DNA of 64,000 bases from an uncultured Candidatus Saccharibacteria bacterium. GTDB taxonomy: Bacteria > Patescibacteriota > Minisyncoccia > Phycocordibacterales > UBA2163. Each line of letters begins with the position of its first letter. Positions within the stretch are counted from its first letter, which is position 1. Where the stretch lies: the NCBI GenBank assembly GCA_964626705.1, contig CAZVGL010000001.1:4441-68440 (forward strand), in the 5' to 3' direction. This document shows positions 48,079-58,205 of this stretch, piece after piece. A program made the translations under genes and the position numbers. The notes under the pieces were generated by a model. It was given only the letters and a program-made list of their open reading frames with translations, was not told where the DNA came from and did not search any database.

Positions 48079-49080
48079 TTAAAACGGGTTTTTAGCACCA
48101 CGTATCTCGAAGTGGACATGAGGGCCTGTAGATCGGCCTGTTGAACCGACGTAGCCGATAACCTGACCTTGGACTACATGCTGTCCTGAGTAAACAATGT
48201 TACTTGAGTTGTGAGAATAAAGAGTTTGTGTGCCGTTGCTGTGTTTTATAACAACATACTTTCCGTAACCTCCATTCCATCCAGAACCTCTACTTATTAT
48301 CACATTACCTGAAGCTGATGCGAGAATAGGTGTTCCAACAGGTGCTGCATAGTCGACGGCATTGTATCCATGAAGTCCTTGTGAACGACGTCCGGCAGTG
48401 ATGGGTTTAATATAGTATCCGCTATATGATGGAGCAACTGATCCTTTTACTACATGACCAGCACTTGTGTATGAAGGCGTTGCTATTTCTCCGTCTGGTA
48501 CTACTATTATGTCACCAACAGCAATGGTTGATTCTAAAGTAAGGTCGTTGTATTGAAGTATTTCTTCATAGTCACCGCCGTATTTCTTAGTAATACTTTT
48601 AACAGTCTCACCTTTTACCACAGCGTGTCGTACTCCAGTAATAGGTAGTATCACAAGTGTTTGTCCGGGGGTTATAAATGAACCTCTTTTGATGTCATTT
48701 GCCCAGATAATGGTATTTGTAGATACGTTAAACATCTTTGCGATCTGTGACAGAGAATCTCCTTCGCGTACTACATAGATACTGATCTCGTCAGATGAAG
48801 CTGGTCTTTCTTCTATCTCTGCTAGTGTTCCTGACGGTCCTATTTCAGAAAGTAGAGCCTCATCGTCAACGATAATTATCGCACCACCTCCTTTTGAAGG
48901 GTTGGGGTCTATATTAAGAGCCGCTCTTAGAACGGGTATTGTTTGTGAGTTATATGCGCTAGTGGTAGCTATTTCCACCTTTTTTGATGACGAAAACAGT
49001 CCTGAAACAAAAGAAAATACTCCAGCATGAGCAAGTCCTGGAGTAGACAGAGTTCCTACAATAAGTGCAGAAAATACCAC
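48079..49080 (-). CDS. LysM-domain M23 family metallo-endopeptidase (peptidoglycan hydrolase)
   Basis: LysM (YVVREGDSLSQIAKMFNVSTNTIIWAN) and M23 motifs (HNGTQTLYSH...GSTGRSTGPHVHFE). Confidence 0.85.
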   Translation of the reverse strand: MVFSALIVGTLSTPGLAHAGVFSFVSGLFSSSKKVEIATTSAYNSQTIPVLRAALNIDPNPSKGGGAIIIVDDEALLSEIGPSGTLAEIEERPASSDEISIYVVREGDSLSQIAKMFNVSTNTIIWANDIKRGSFITPGQTLVILPITGVRHAVVKGETVKSITKKYGGDYEEILQYNDLTLESTIAVGDIIVVPDGEIATPSYTSAGHVVKGSVAPSYSGYYIKPITAGRRSQGLHGYNAVDYAAPVGTPILASASGNVIISRGSGWNGGYGKYVVIKHSNGTQTLYSHNSSNIVYSGQHVVQGQVIGYVGSTGRSTGPHVHFEIRGAKNPF

Positions 49081-49317
49081 TTTTGTGGCAAAAAGTGTCC
49101 AAAATGCTGTATTTGTCGCCTGATTCTTGGTAGGTCTATGAGGAAGATCAGGGTCTTGATTAGTGGGTATGATATGTCTTGTTTTATTGCGACAATGCTA
49201 GTCTTTCTAGAATATCTGGCTTTGTTAAGCCATAAAGAAAACTGCTACCGTTCAGTATTTCACTACTATACCCCCGTCAGATATAAAGTCAATAGAGTTA
49301 TCCACCATGCCATAAAA

Positions 49318-50079
49318 CTATTTTTCAATCAATTTTGTTGCTTTTTCAAGTCTAGTTTTCCACACTATTTCAAAAATTTGTTTCATAGTATCAGCTATGT
49401 CTTTATTTTCTATACGAGTAATTTGTAAATCTCTAAAAGAAAAGAAAGAAATAAAATCATCCCCCACAGTCACAGAAATATTGGCAGAATATTCATCAAG
49501 TGGAATAGTTTTTAGTTGACGATTATATTTCCCATCAGTCTTTCTAGCCCAATCAAGATTGGGGTGGTCTGGCACGATCCCTCGCATTCTATTATTATTT
49601 TTCTTAAAATCCTCCATATTTTCTATAAAAAATTCAACAAGTTCTTTTGAGGCATCACCAGAATGTGCATAGAAACCAAGCGTTTCTTTATCTTTCATCT
49701 TTCTGTTTTCCCATCTGAAGTTTTCTTTCACACCTTTCATCCCCTCAAAAAATAAAGTTCTTGGTTTTGGTTTTTCTCCTTCTTTCATTGCTTTAAGTTG
49801 TGGCAATATAGTTTTTGCTAAAGATATTCGCTCTTCAGCCATAGCAAATAGTTCTTCAGGAGGCTTTGCCACGAAGAGCTGTTTTCTTACTCTAGGTATA
49901 CGACTTGCAAGGCCTTTTTCTATGAGGTCGTCTAAGATTACATAAGTAGTAGGTTTTTTAAGACCAGATTCTTCCGCAATACCATATGCAGAAGTCCTTC
50001 CGCGCTTGAGTAAGGCGGTATACACGCGAGCTTCTTTGTCTGTTAGTCCTAGGTTTTGTAAGGCTTCTATTATAGTCAT
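49318..50079 (-). CDS. TrmB-family HTH transcriptional regulator
   Basis: LGLTDKEARVYTALLKRGRTSAYGIAEESGLKKPTTYVILDDLIEKGLA, an N-terminal TrmB-type wHTH. Confidence 0.65.
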   Translation of the reverse strand: MTIIEALQNLGLTDKEARVYTALLKRGRTSAYGIAEESGLKKPTTYVILDDLIEKGLASRIPRVRKQLFVAKPPEELFAMAEERISLAKTILPQLKAMKEGEKPKPRTLFFEGMKGVKENFRWENRKMKDKETLGFYAHSGDASKELVEFFIENMEDFKKNNNRMRGIVPDHPNLDWARKTDGKYNRQLKTIPLDEYSANISVTVGDDFISFFSFRDLQITRIENKDIADTMKQIFEIVWKTRLEKATKLIEK

Positions 50080-50300
50080 ATTTTTAGTATATATTATATA
50101 AATAAATAGTCAATAATTTTGATGATAAGTCATATAAAAGTGTAAATAATGGCTTATTTAAAGGGGGTACTAGGTACTTTTTAGTCATTAAATTAGACAC
50201 TAGACTTGACTTTTTAAACTCATCATGTATAATGTAGGCAGAATCATAAATTAAATAATTATCATTTCTTTTACACTTTTCTCTTGAAAGGAGAATTATT

Positions 50301-50777
50301 ATGAAAAAGATTTTATTGATCGAAGATAGCCAGCACCATGTAGACTCTGCAAAGAAATTTTTTGCAGACAAAGATGTGGAACTAAAAATAGTTTGTAATT
50401 TTGATGGGTTTCTTGGAGAACTTAGAAACTTACGTGCAAACTATGACGGCATCTTGTCAGACATCTTCATACCATATGATGATGAGCAGTTCACAGAGGA
50501 AGTTCCTGCAGGGGTTGGGATTTTCTCAATATGTTCTGCTAGAGCGATTCCCTGCATTCTTGTTACAGCAGGACATCATCACGGTCAGAAATACCATTGG
50601 ATAGGATCTATGGTAACCCGTCTTGTTGGAGATGGTCGGCATGTACTTGTTGACACTAAAAAGAGTGGACATTATCTGGGCGACAAGGAGCTGGATGAAG
50701 ATTCTCCAGAGAAAAACTGGAGTCGCGCATACGAGAGTCTTTTGAAAGAGATCTCTCGAATCCCAGTCACAGGATGA
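50301..50777 (+). CDS. stand-alone CheY-like receiver (REC) domain protein, possibly atypical
   Basis: MKKILLIEDS..., GILSDIFIPY (phospho-acceptor Asp context) and ILVTAGHHH (T/A position). No output domain. Confidence 0.4.
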   Translation: MKKILLIEDSQHHVDSAKKFFADKDVELKIVCNFDGFLGELRNLRANYDGILSDIFIPYDDEQFTEEVPAGVGIFSICSARAIPCILVTAGHHHGQKYHWIGSMVTRLVGDGRHVLVDTKKSGHYLGDKELDEDSPEKNWSRAYESLLKEISRIPVTG

Positions 50778-51103
50778 TGAGATATCTTATATTTTATAAT
50801 AATTTTCTAAGGAGAAAAAAGTGAAGTAGACCAGAAAAAAAGTCCCCCTGGGCGAAGGCGTACAAACGTCTCGGCAACATAAAGCACACGCTATTTGTAG
50901 AGATAAGGTCTCTTAAAAAACCTTTCTGTATTGAGATGTGTATCTCAACTGATGATTCCGAAAGGATGAAACAGAATGCTCCCTGTTTGCTCAAGAGCAT
51001 AGCGATTGATTTGCAAACAGCAGTCCTGTTAAAGGTTCCCGATAGTTCTTTAAATTTAAAATTAAATATTTCTTTTAACTTTTCTCTTGAAAGGAGAATT
51101 GGA

Positions 51104-51409
51104 ATGAACTTGTTAAGTGTATATTTAGAAAATGATATTAAAGAAGCAATTAAAAACAAAAGGATGAACGAAAACCAGGTAAAGCAAACGATGAATGATG
51201 CCGCAAAGGAATACATAGATCAGTTTAGCGACAAGTCGCACAAATCAAATGCCATAGCGATAAAGTTGTTTTTATCAGGAGACTTTATAACTTGTGACTT
51301 TGAGAGATTTACGAAAGAGGCAGTAGAGATAGCTAGAAAAAAAGGTATTGAGGCAAAAAACTATTTTGAAATTCTTTTAGAAAAAGTTAGAGAGGGGAAT
51401 AAAAAATGA
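51104..51409 (+). CDS. small hypothetical protein (101 aa)
   Basis: Start at the Met preceded by ttttctcttgaaaggagaatt, the same 5' context as 50301. Its stop overlaps the next start (ATGA). Confidence 0.4.
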   Translation: MNLLSVYLENDIKEAIKNKRMNENQVKQTMNDAAKEYIDQFSDKSHKSNAIAIKLFLSGDFITCDFERFTKEAVEIARKKGIEAKNYFEILLEKVREGNKK

Positions 51410-51801
51410 AAACTGAAAAAACTGTTAAGAAGGCCTTAAGAGTAAAATGTCATCTTTGTGGAAAAAGAATGGCGGTTCAGCAAGGAACCTTAGATGTTGG
51501 TCCATATACGTGCGAAAACTGTTTTGACGAGATTAATAAAGGATCAAGAAAATTTAAAGTGCATTGGGGAAGCGAAGTAGATAAGGAAATTGAGATATTG
51601 AAGTTTAAAGCTGTTGCTCAAGAGAAATCAATGAAACTCTGTTGTAGTAATAAGAGTAAATGCGGTATGGATACACATGACGTTGGCGATGTACTTGTAT
51701 TCTTTGATGTAAATGTACGATTTTCTGACGGAAAAGAATTTCATTACGATGGATGTTGCCACATAATTCCACCTATTGAGTACTGGTGTGTTGCGTCTTA
51801 G
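51406..51801 (+). CDS. Cys-rich (zinc-ribbon-like) hypothetical protein
   Basis: CHLCGK...CENC N-terminal ribbon plus CCSNKSKC and GCCH motifs. Translationally coupled to the upstream small gene. Confidence 0.45.
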   Translation: MKTEKTVKKALRVKCHLCGKRMAVQQGTLDVGPYTCENCFDEINKGSRKFKVHWGSEVDKEIEILKFKAVAQEKSMKLCCSNKSKCGMDTHDVGDVLVFFDVNVRFSDGKEFHYDGCCHIIPPIEYWCVAS

Positions 51802-51880
51802 AAAGGGGGCGGATAGATTTTACAATAAAAGGTAAAATTTATTCGCCTTTTGTTGTTTTTATTATGTTATTATTTTACAT

Positions 51881-52831
51881 ATGTCTAAGTTAGAACAAGA
51901 CAAACAAATAAAAGTAAATAATGAAAATATTACTACAATATTAAGATTTTACGATATTACAAAATTTACTTACCGTGAAATAAAACAAGGTATTGAAAAT
52001 ACATCTCTATATATTGAAGAAGACAATAAAAAATATGTATTAAGAATTTATCGCGCTGACAGTAAGACTGACAAAGAGATTTGTTTTGAGCTTGAATTCC
52101 AAGATTATTTACGCAAACACAAGATTCCTATTCCTATCATATATAAAAATATAGATGGAAATGAATTAAGTATTATAGAGTTAGGTAGCACAAAATGGCA
52201 AGTAATCTTAATGGAATTTTGTAAAGGTGATATAGGAATCTCAAACATTACCTATAGTAATCAGTTAATACATGAACTTGCCACGATTCAGTCAAAGATG
52301 CATAAGCTTGGAGTGGTTTTTTCTAAAAAATATCCGTGTGAAAATAAATGGAAAAATCTAAAAGATTCTTACGTAATAAAAATCGATGTAAATAAATATT
52401 CCGATAGAATAAAAAGTTTTCTTCAAAGATCTAATTCATTTTCATATATATTACCTACAGAAATTACATATGGATACAATCATTTAGATATTGATTTTGA
52501 TGGCAATGTTATTGTTAATAATGACACTATTTCTGGAATTATAGACTTTGATGATCTTAAGTATTCACCAAATATCGTGTGTTTGGGGTATACACTTTGG
52601 GGTATCCTATTTGATTATGGAATAGATGAAATGAATACGTATTTAAAAAAATATCAAGAATTACATCCATTAAATCAATTTGAAATGGAAGCACTTCCAC
52701 AGTGCATATTGTTTAGAAATTATACGATCGGAGTACTTAATCGTTTATTTGAAGGTAGCGACGAAAAAATAGAGAAAATTATTAAACTTGAATCAGAGAT
52801 TCCTAGGTTGTTTAATTCATACAATCTTTAA
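51881..52831 (+). CDS. aminoglycoside/choline-kinase-like phosphotransferase (APH family)
   Basis: Brenner-like HLDIDFDGN and DFDD motifs with N-lobe K (YVLRIY). Very low GC, about 27%. Confidence 0.55.
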   Translation: MSKLEQDKQIKVNNENITTILRFYDITKFTYREIKQGIENTSLYIEEDNKKYVLRIYRADSKTDKEICFELEFQDYLRKHKIPIPIIYKNIDGNELSIIELGSTKWQVILMEFCKGDIGISNITYSNQLIHELATIQSKMHKLGVVFSKKYPCENKWKNLKDSYVIKIDVNKYSDRIKSFLQRSNSFSYILPTEITYGYNHLDIDFDGNVIVNNDTISGIIDFDDLKYSPNIVCLGYTLWGILFDYGIDEMNTYLKKYQELHPLNQFEMEALPQCILFRNYTIGVLNRLFEGSDEKIEKIIKLESEIPRLFNSYNL

Positions 52832-52992
52832 AGACAATATAAAAAATGTGAAAATCTGTATTTTTTAGTAGTTTTTCACGATTTTGTTACGTGATTTGTT
52901 GAAAAATACTGCCGCTAGGTCAAACCTAGCGGATTTATTCTTTCTAGGTCTTTTTTGATTGACAATGTCATTACATTGAATATAATATAAAT

Positions 52993-53271
52993 ATGGACTC
53001 AACATTACAAATAAGAATAAACAAAAGAACTAAAGAAAAGGCTAAAAAGGTATTTAATGACCTCGGTATAGACATGTCTTCTGGTGTGAAGTTATACCTT
53101 TCGCAGGTAATCAATACTGGCTCCATATTATTTTATCCCACTACTAAGAATGGTTTTTCTATGGCTAAAGAGCAAGAGATGATAGAAGAAGTAAATCAGG
53201 TTATTGATAATAAAAGAGGTAAATTATACAAAACCGCTGAAGAAGCTCATGTAGATATATTAAAGACATAG
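52993..53271 (+). CDS. type II antitoxin, RelB/DinJ family
   Basis: LQIRINKRTKEKAKKVFNDLGIDMSSGVKLYLSQVINTGSI is the DinJ pattern. Confidence 0.65.
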   Translation: MDSTLQIRINKRTKEKAKKVFNDLGIDMSSGVKLYLSQVINTGSILFYPTTKNGFSMAKEQEMIEEVNQVIDNKRGKLYKTAEEAHVDILKT

Positions 53272-53274
53272 TTT

Positions 53275-53556
53275 ATGTTTAAGATAAAAATTGCTCCCAC
53301 CTATAAGAGAGCTTTTAAAAGGTTGGTCAAATCAGGCAGAGCAAAAGACGTTAAAAAATTAGAAGGGGTTATAGGGCTCATCGCTTCTGGGCAGAAATTA
53401 GATAAAAAACATAAGAATCATTTTTTAACAGGTAAAATGTCGGAATTTCAAGAATGTCATATAAAAGATGATCTATTACTTATTTACTTTAAAAATAAAC
53501 AAAATTTAGTTCTAGTACTAATTAATACAGGTAATCATTCAGAATTATTTAGTTAA
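53275..53556 (+). CDS. type II toxin, YafQ/RelE family mRNA interferase
   Basis: ...HKNHFLTGKMSEFQECHIKDDLLLIYFKNKQNLVLVLINTGNHSELF is the YafQ signature. Lies 3 nt after the antitoxin. Confidence 0.65.
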   Translation: MFKIKIAPTYKRAFKRLVKSGRAKDVKKLEGVIGLIASGQKLDKKHKNHFLTGKMSEFQECHIKDDLLLIYFKNKQNLVLVLINTGNHSELFS

Positions 53557-53571
53557 AATATGCATTACAAA

Positions 53572-53652
53572 ACCTCTCCTCAATGTCCCACCTACGAAGG
53601 AGGAGTTTCGTATCTCCTTCGTCGTCTATCTGCGAGGAACAACCTTTTCCCT
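53572..53652. repeat. dispersed palindromic intergenic repeat, copy R8 (diverged)
   Basis: cctctcctcaatgtcccacctacgaaggaggagtttcgtatctccttcgtcgtctatctgcgaggaacaacctt. Confidence 0.6.
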
Positions 53653-53688
53653 AGATTTTTGAAATTTAATTTATGGTATATTACTTAA

Positions 53689-55644
53689 ATGCATTTAAAA
53701 GGACTTAATCCACAACAAAAAGAGGCGGTACTCCATAAAGATGGACCACTTTTAATAATCGCCGGTGCCGGAGCAGGGAAGACCAAGACTATCACGCACA
53801 GAATACTTAATCTTATAAAATCAGGTATAGCACCTGAGAATATTCTCGCTGTGACATTCACAAACAAAGCAGCAAAAGAAATGAAGGGTCGGGTGAAGGA
53901 TTTGATAGATAAAGATGAAGAAATTAATTTCCCTATCTCTACTAATGCATATCCGTATGTTGCAACATTCCATGCACTTGGAGTAAAGATGCTAAAAGAG
54001 AATGCACGGCTTTTAAATACAACAAGACATTTTAAAATTTTTGACAGAAATGATTCCCTACGTGCTATTAAAGATGCTATCAAGAAGGTTGACCTTGATC
54101 CCAAACAATATCCACCAAAAGTAATGTTAAGTGTAATCTCAAAACAAAAAGGTAATGCAGTAACTTTGCAAATGTATGAAGAAAATGTTGGCAATTCATA
54201 TTTCCCAAAAATAGTTGCACAAGTATGGCGCGAATATGAAAAAACTTTACAAAGTGAAAAAGCATATGACTTTGACGACTTGCTTTTGAAGGTTGTAATT
54301 TTGCTAGAACAAAACAGCCAAGTACTAGATAGATATCAAAACACTTGGAAGTATATTCATATAGACGAGTATCAAGACACAAACAAAGTTCAATACAAAT
54401 TTGCAAGACTTCTGTCTAAAAAACATAATAATATTTGTGTTGTGGGAGATGGAGATCAGAATGTCTATAGTTGGAGAGGAGCAGATATGCAAAACATGTT
54501 GGATTTTGAAAAACATTACTCAGGTGCTGAGACAATGCTTCTTGAAGAGAATTATCGTTCCACCAAAACAATAATAGAAGTTTCAAATAAAATAATACAG
54601 AAAAATAAAAACCGCAAAGAGAAAAATTTATTTACAAACAATCAAGACGGAGAAAATATCTCACTTTTTTCAGCTTACAATGAAATGCAAGAGGCGCAGT
54701 TTATCGCAGTGAAGGCTAAAGAGCTTATAGAGGCAGGTGTAGAACCCAAGGATATAGCTGTACTTTATAGGGCTAACTTTCAATCTAGAATACTAGAAGA
54801 GGTATTTTTAGCAACAGATATTCCGTATCAAGTGCTTGGTGTGCGCTTCTTTGAGCGTAAGGAGGTAAAGGATATCTTGGCATTTTTGAGTGCAGCACTT
54901 AATCCGGAAAGTATTTCTGACATGAAAAGGATTATAAACGTACCGGCACGTGGAATCGGCAAAGTAACACTTTTAAAAATCGTAGAAGGTAGGGAAGATG
55001 AGCTAAGTTTGAAAGTTGCACAGAAGGTAGATGATTTTAAACTACTTCTTAAGAAGATCGCACACACGGCAATGAATGCAAAACCAAGTGAGACTATTAA
55101 ATTTATACTCAAAGAGTCTGGACTCGAAAGTCTTTTAAAGAACGGAAGTGAAGAAGATTTGGAAAGACTTGAAAACATAAAAGAGCTTACAACGCTTGCT
55201 ATGCGTTACGATGTTATGTCACCAAGTGACGGAATAGAAAAACTTCTAGAAGACGCTGCACTTGCATCAGACCAAGACGAGCTTAAAGAAGACAAGAATG
55301 CAGTACGACTGATGACAGTGCATGCGTCCAAAGGTTTGGAGTTTAGCGTCGTGTTTATAACAGGGCTTGAGGACGGACTCTTCCCGCATAGTTCGATGGG
55401 AGATGAGAAGCGGGACGACGAAGAGGAGCGTAGACTTTTCTATGTTGCTCTCACAAGAGCGAAGAAAAAAGTATTTCTTACACATACATCGGTTAGAACT
55501 ATCTTTGGCTCACAGAAAGTAAACTTGCCGTCGGAGTTTATTATGGATATAGATGAGAGTTTTATAGATGAGGTTATGCTCGACGGTGCGGAAGCTACTA
55601 ATAGCCCTGCTCCCACAAAAGAGTATTTAATAGATTTTGATTAA
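53689..55644 (+). CDS. UvrD/PcrA/Rep-family SF1 DNA helicase
   Basis: Walker A AGAGAGKTKT, DEYQDTN, and motifs IV-VI (VHASKGLEFSVVFI, ALTRAKK). Confidence 0.9.
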   Translation: MHLKGLNPQQKEAVLHKDGPLLIIAGAGAGKTKTITHRILNLIKSGIAPENILAVTFTNKAAKEMKGRVKDLIDKDEEINFPISTNAYPYVATFHALGVKMLKENARLLNTTRHFKIFDRNDSLRAIKDAIKKVDLDPKQYPPKVMLSVISKQKGNAVTLQMYEENVGNSYFPKIVAQVWREYEKTLQSEKAYDFDDLLLKVVILLEQNSQVLDRYQNTWKYIHIDEYQDTNKVQYKFARLLSKKHNNICVVGDGDQNVYSWRGADMQNMLDFEKHYSGAETMLLEENYRSTKTIIEVSNKIIQKNKNRKEKNLFTNNQDGENISLFSAYNEMQEAQFIAVKAKELIEAGVEPKDIAVLYRANFQSRILEEVFLATDIPYQVLGVRFFERKEVKDILAFLSAALNPESISDMKRIINVPARGIGKVTLLKIVEGREDELSLKVAQKVDDFKLLLKKIAHTAMNAKPSETIKFILKESGLESLLKNGSEEDLERLENIKELTTLAMRYDVMSPSDGIEKLLEDAALASDQDELKEDKNAVRLMTVHASKGLEFSVVFITGLEDGLFPHSSMGDEKRDDEEERRLFYVALTRAKKKVFLTHTSVRTIFGSQKVNLPSEFIMDIDESFIDEVMLDGAEATNSPAPTKEYLIDFD

Positions 55645-55649
55645 ACATT

Positions 55650-56486
55650 ATGAGAGCTAAAAAATCATTAGGACAAAACTTTCTTACATCACAGTCTGTG
55701 GTAGATAAAATAGTCGCAACAGCAAATCTCAGTAATGATGATGTTGTTCTGGAAGTGGGTCCAGGTAAAGGTATTTTGACCCAAACTTTACTTAGGTCAG
55801 CGGGGAAGGTTATAGCTGTTGAAAAGGATGACGCTTTGATTTATCTACTGAAAGAAAAATTTGCACAAGAAATTAAAGAAGAGAGATTAACCTTTGTACG
55901 TGGTGATATATTGAAATTTGATTTTGAAAGTCTTGAGGAGAAATTTAAAATAGTCGCCAATATCCCTTACTACATAACTGGGGAGTTCTTGCGCAAAGTA
56001 CTTTCATCAAATACACAACCTACTCAGATGGTACTTCTTGTGCAAAAAGAAGTCGCAGAAAGGATAGCAAAAAGTAAAAAAGAAAGCATTTTGTCGTTAA
56101 GTGTAAAGGTATATGGCGAACCGAAGTATATTCAAACAGTAAAAGCTGGAAGTTTTAGTCCAGCGCCAAAAGTTGATTCAGCTATTTTGTCTATAGAAAA
56201 CATATCCAAGCAATTTTTTAGCAACAGCGAGGTTGAACCTCTATGTTCAGCAGAAAAGAGATTTTTTGAGGTGGTTAAAACAGGCTTTGCTCATAAAAGA
56301 AAGCTTTTAATAAATAATTTGGGCAGTTTTATAGACCCCGAACGACAAGCTAACGGGGCAGGTAAAGAAATACTTAAAAAAGCCTTTAAACAAGTCAAAA
56401 TAGATGAAAAAACCCGCGCAGAAGATATCAGTTTAGAGCAGTGGAAACAGCTTCTAAGTGTTCTAAGCTCGGTTTCAAGCACTTGA
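55650..56486 (+). CDS. rsmA: 16S rRNA (adenine1518/1519-N6)-dimethyltransferase
   Basis: KSLGQNFL, SAM motif VLEVGPGKGILT, and NIPYYIT. Confidence 0.9.
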   Translation: MRAKKSLGQNFLTSQSVVDKIVATANLSNDDVVLEVGPGKGILTQTLLRSAGKVIAVEKDDALIYLLKEKFAQEIKEERLTFVRGDILKFDFESLEEKFKIVANIPYYITGEFLRKVLSSNTQPTQMVLLVQKEVAERIAKSKKESILSLSVKVYGEPKYIQTVKAGSFSPAPKVDSAILSIENISKQFFSNSEVEPLCSAEKRFFEVVKTGFAHKRKLLINNLGSFIDPERQANGAGKEILKKAFKQVKIDEKTRAEDISLEQWKQLLSVLSSVSST

Positions 56487-56502
56487 ACAATTATTTGAGG
56501 AA

Positions 56503-57120
56503 TTAAAAACTTGTTCCAACCATCTGGATTACATGAGGGTGTCCCAAAGTATCAAGCTTTTTTCCAAAACCAAACTTGCTTGCAAAACCAGCTATTCCTA
56601 ATGCTTGTCCAATTTGCGCAGAAGACACCTTTAATATGGTGTCACCTATTGCTTGTTGAAATATAATATTAGTACCAAACGTAGAGTATAAAGATATTGC
56701 AGTACCCGCAATTATTAATGCTGTTCCAAAACCTGGTGAGAAAAGTCCGCTTTTTCCCTTACATGTTACAGTACCAGTGTCCGCATTACCAAGTGTCCAT
56801 GTACCATTTCGAAATACACCGTGTTTGAATACACGACTACTATCTGTCAGGAGAAATTGTCCGCCTCTTGGACCTCCTATGGTTAACATCATTCCAGCTG
56901 GTGTCTTGCATGGCTGTATGCTTATAATCCTACCTCCAAATGGCTTAATGCCAGCATATGAATAAGAATATAAAGATGATATCTGTGCAGATACTGAAAC
57001 TGGATAAACTGTTGTTATGGAAAACAGAACAATTAATAAGATTAAGATTATTTTTTTTGAATAAAACATATACTGTAACGATAACATAAAAATTAAAACT
57101 TTGATTGTTATTATCCACAT
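56503..57120 (-). CDS. secreted hypothetical protein
   Basis: Hydrophobic N-terminus and a Gly-rich body. The start is probably an internal Met (MFYSKKIILILL...). Confidence 0.5.
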   Translation of the reverse strand: MWIITIKVLIFMLSLQYMFYSKKIILILLIVLFSITTVYPVSVSAQISSLYSYSYAGIKPFGGRIISIQPCKTPAGMMLTIGGPRGGQFLLTDSSRVFKHGVFRNGTWTLGNADTGTVTCKGKSGLFSPGFGTALIIAGTAISLYSTFGTNIIFQQAIGDTILKVSSAQIGQALGIAGFASKFGFGKKLDTLGHPHVIQMVGTSF

Positions 57121-57190
57121 TAAAATAACTATTTAAGTATTTAAAATGGCTATTTCTGATATAATTAAAATATAGATAAGTAATAATAAA

Positions 57191-58195
57191 TTGAATTTAT
57201 TATCGAAGAAAAAGCTTAAGTTTGTAATTTTTGGATTATTTCTAGTAGTAATAATCGGTTTTTTGGCGTCACAGCCTAATCATCTGAAATATGGCGGTAA
57301 TGAAATATTGTTAGCTGGTACTTTAGATAGAGGTGCACAGATAAAGATATTAGAAAATATAAATAAGAAAGATACCGATAATGATGGACTTAAAGATTGG
57401 GAAGAAGAGCTGTGGGGAACTGACCTCAGAAATCCTGATACTGATGGTGATGGGACAAAAGATAGTGATGAAATACAAATAGGACGAGACCCTCTTAATG
57501 GAGGACTTAATGATGAAGTTAATAATAAACCTTTTGCACAGAATAAAGAAAATAAAAGTGAAAGCACATTTAAAAGTCTTACTGATACAGATATTTTTGC
57601 ACAGAATTTATTTACAGAATACTTATCCTTACGAAGATCAAACGAATCGCTTAATGATATAGATAAAAATTTTTTAGTTAATTCTGCTGTAGCCGATGCT
57701 TTAAATACTGAATCTAACAAACAGTATGAAATCGCTAATTTGAATATTACAAATGACAATAGTGTAACAGCGTTTAAGAGATATGGAAATGATTTTGCTC
57801 AGATAATACAGTTTTATTCAAATAATTTGCCACAAGATGAATTAACTGTTTTTGAAAGGATATTAAGGACAGAAGATAAAAAAGACATTGTATATCTTAG
57901 TGAATCTGCAGGTGTATACCGCTCAGCAGTAGATGAGTTAAAATATATTAGTGTACCAAGTGATCTTACTTTTGTTCATTTGGATATTTTAAATAGTTAT
58001 ATGGCTATCAGCGGTGCATTGGAGGATATGAGTTTGGTATTAGATGATCCTATCCGCGGATTAAGCGGGTTTAGTATTTATACCAATACAAAGGATTTAC
58101 AAGTTGGACTTTTCAAAAAGATTATAGATTCTCTCATAGAAAATAGGGTTGTTTTTAGTGTAAGTGAAGTAGGATATATGTGGCATACGATTTAA
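57191..58195 (+). CDS. membrane-anchored protein with thrombospondin-type-3-like Ca-binding repeats
   Basis: Signal-anchor helix, then DTDNDGLKDWEE and DTDGDGTKDSDE (DxDxDG) motifs. Confidence 0.5.
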   Translation: MNLLSKKKLKFVIFGLFLVVIIGFLASQPNHLKYGGNEILLAGTLDRGAQIKILENINKKDTDNDGLKDWEEELWGTDLRNPDTDGDGTKDSDEIQIGRDPLNGGLNDEVNNKPFAQNKENKSESTFKSLTDTDIFAQNLFTEYLSLRRSNESLNDIDKNFLVNSAVADALNTESNKQYEIANLNITNDNSVTAFKRYGNDFAQIIQFYSNNLPQDELTVFERILRTEDKKDIVYLSESAGVYRSAVDELKYISVPSDLTFVHLDILNSYMAISGALEDMSLVLDDPIRGLSGFSIYTNTKDLQVGLFKKIIDSLIENRVVFSVSEVGYMWHTI

Positions 58196-58205
58196 TTTTT
58201 AAAAG

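Noticed and set aside
49027-49428. Plus-strand 133-aa ORF between the M23 peptidase and TrmB genes
   Set aside because: It overlaps the ends of two convergent, well-supported genes. No RBS. Likely spurious.
50794-51216. Minus-strand 140-aa ORF across the 50778-51103 leader
   Set aside because: It overlaps the RBS and start of the better-supported plus-strand gene at 51104 and has hydrophobic low-complexity content. Treated as spurious.
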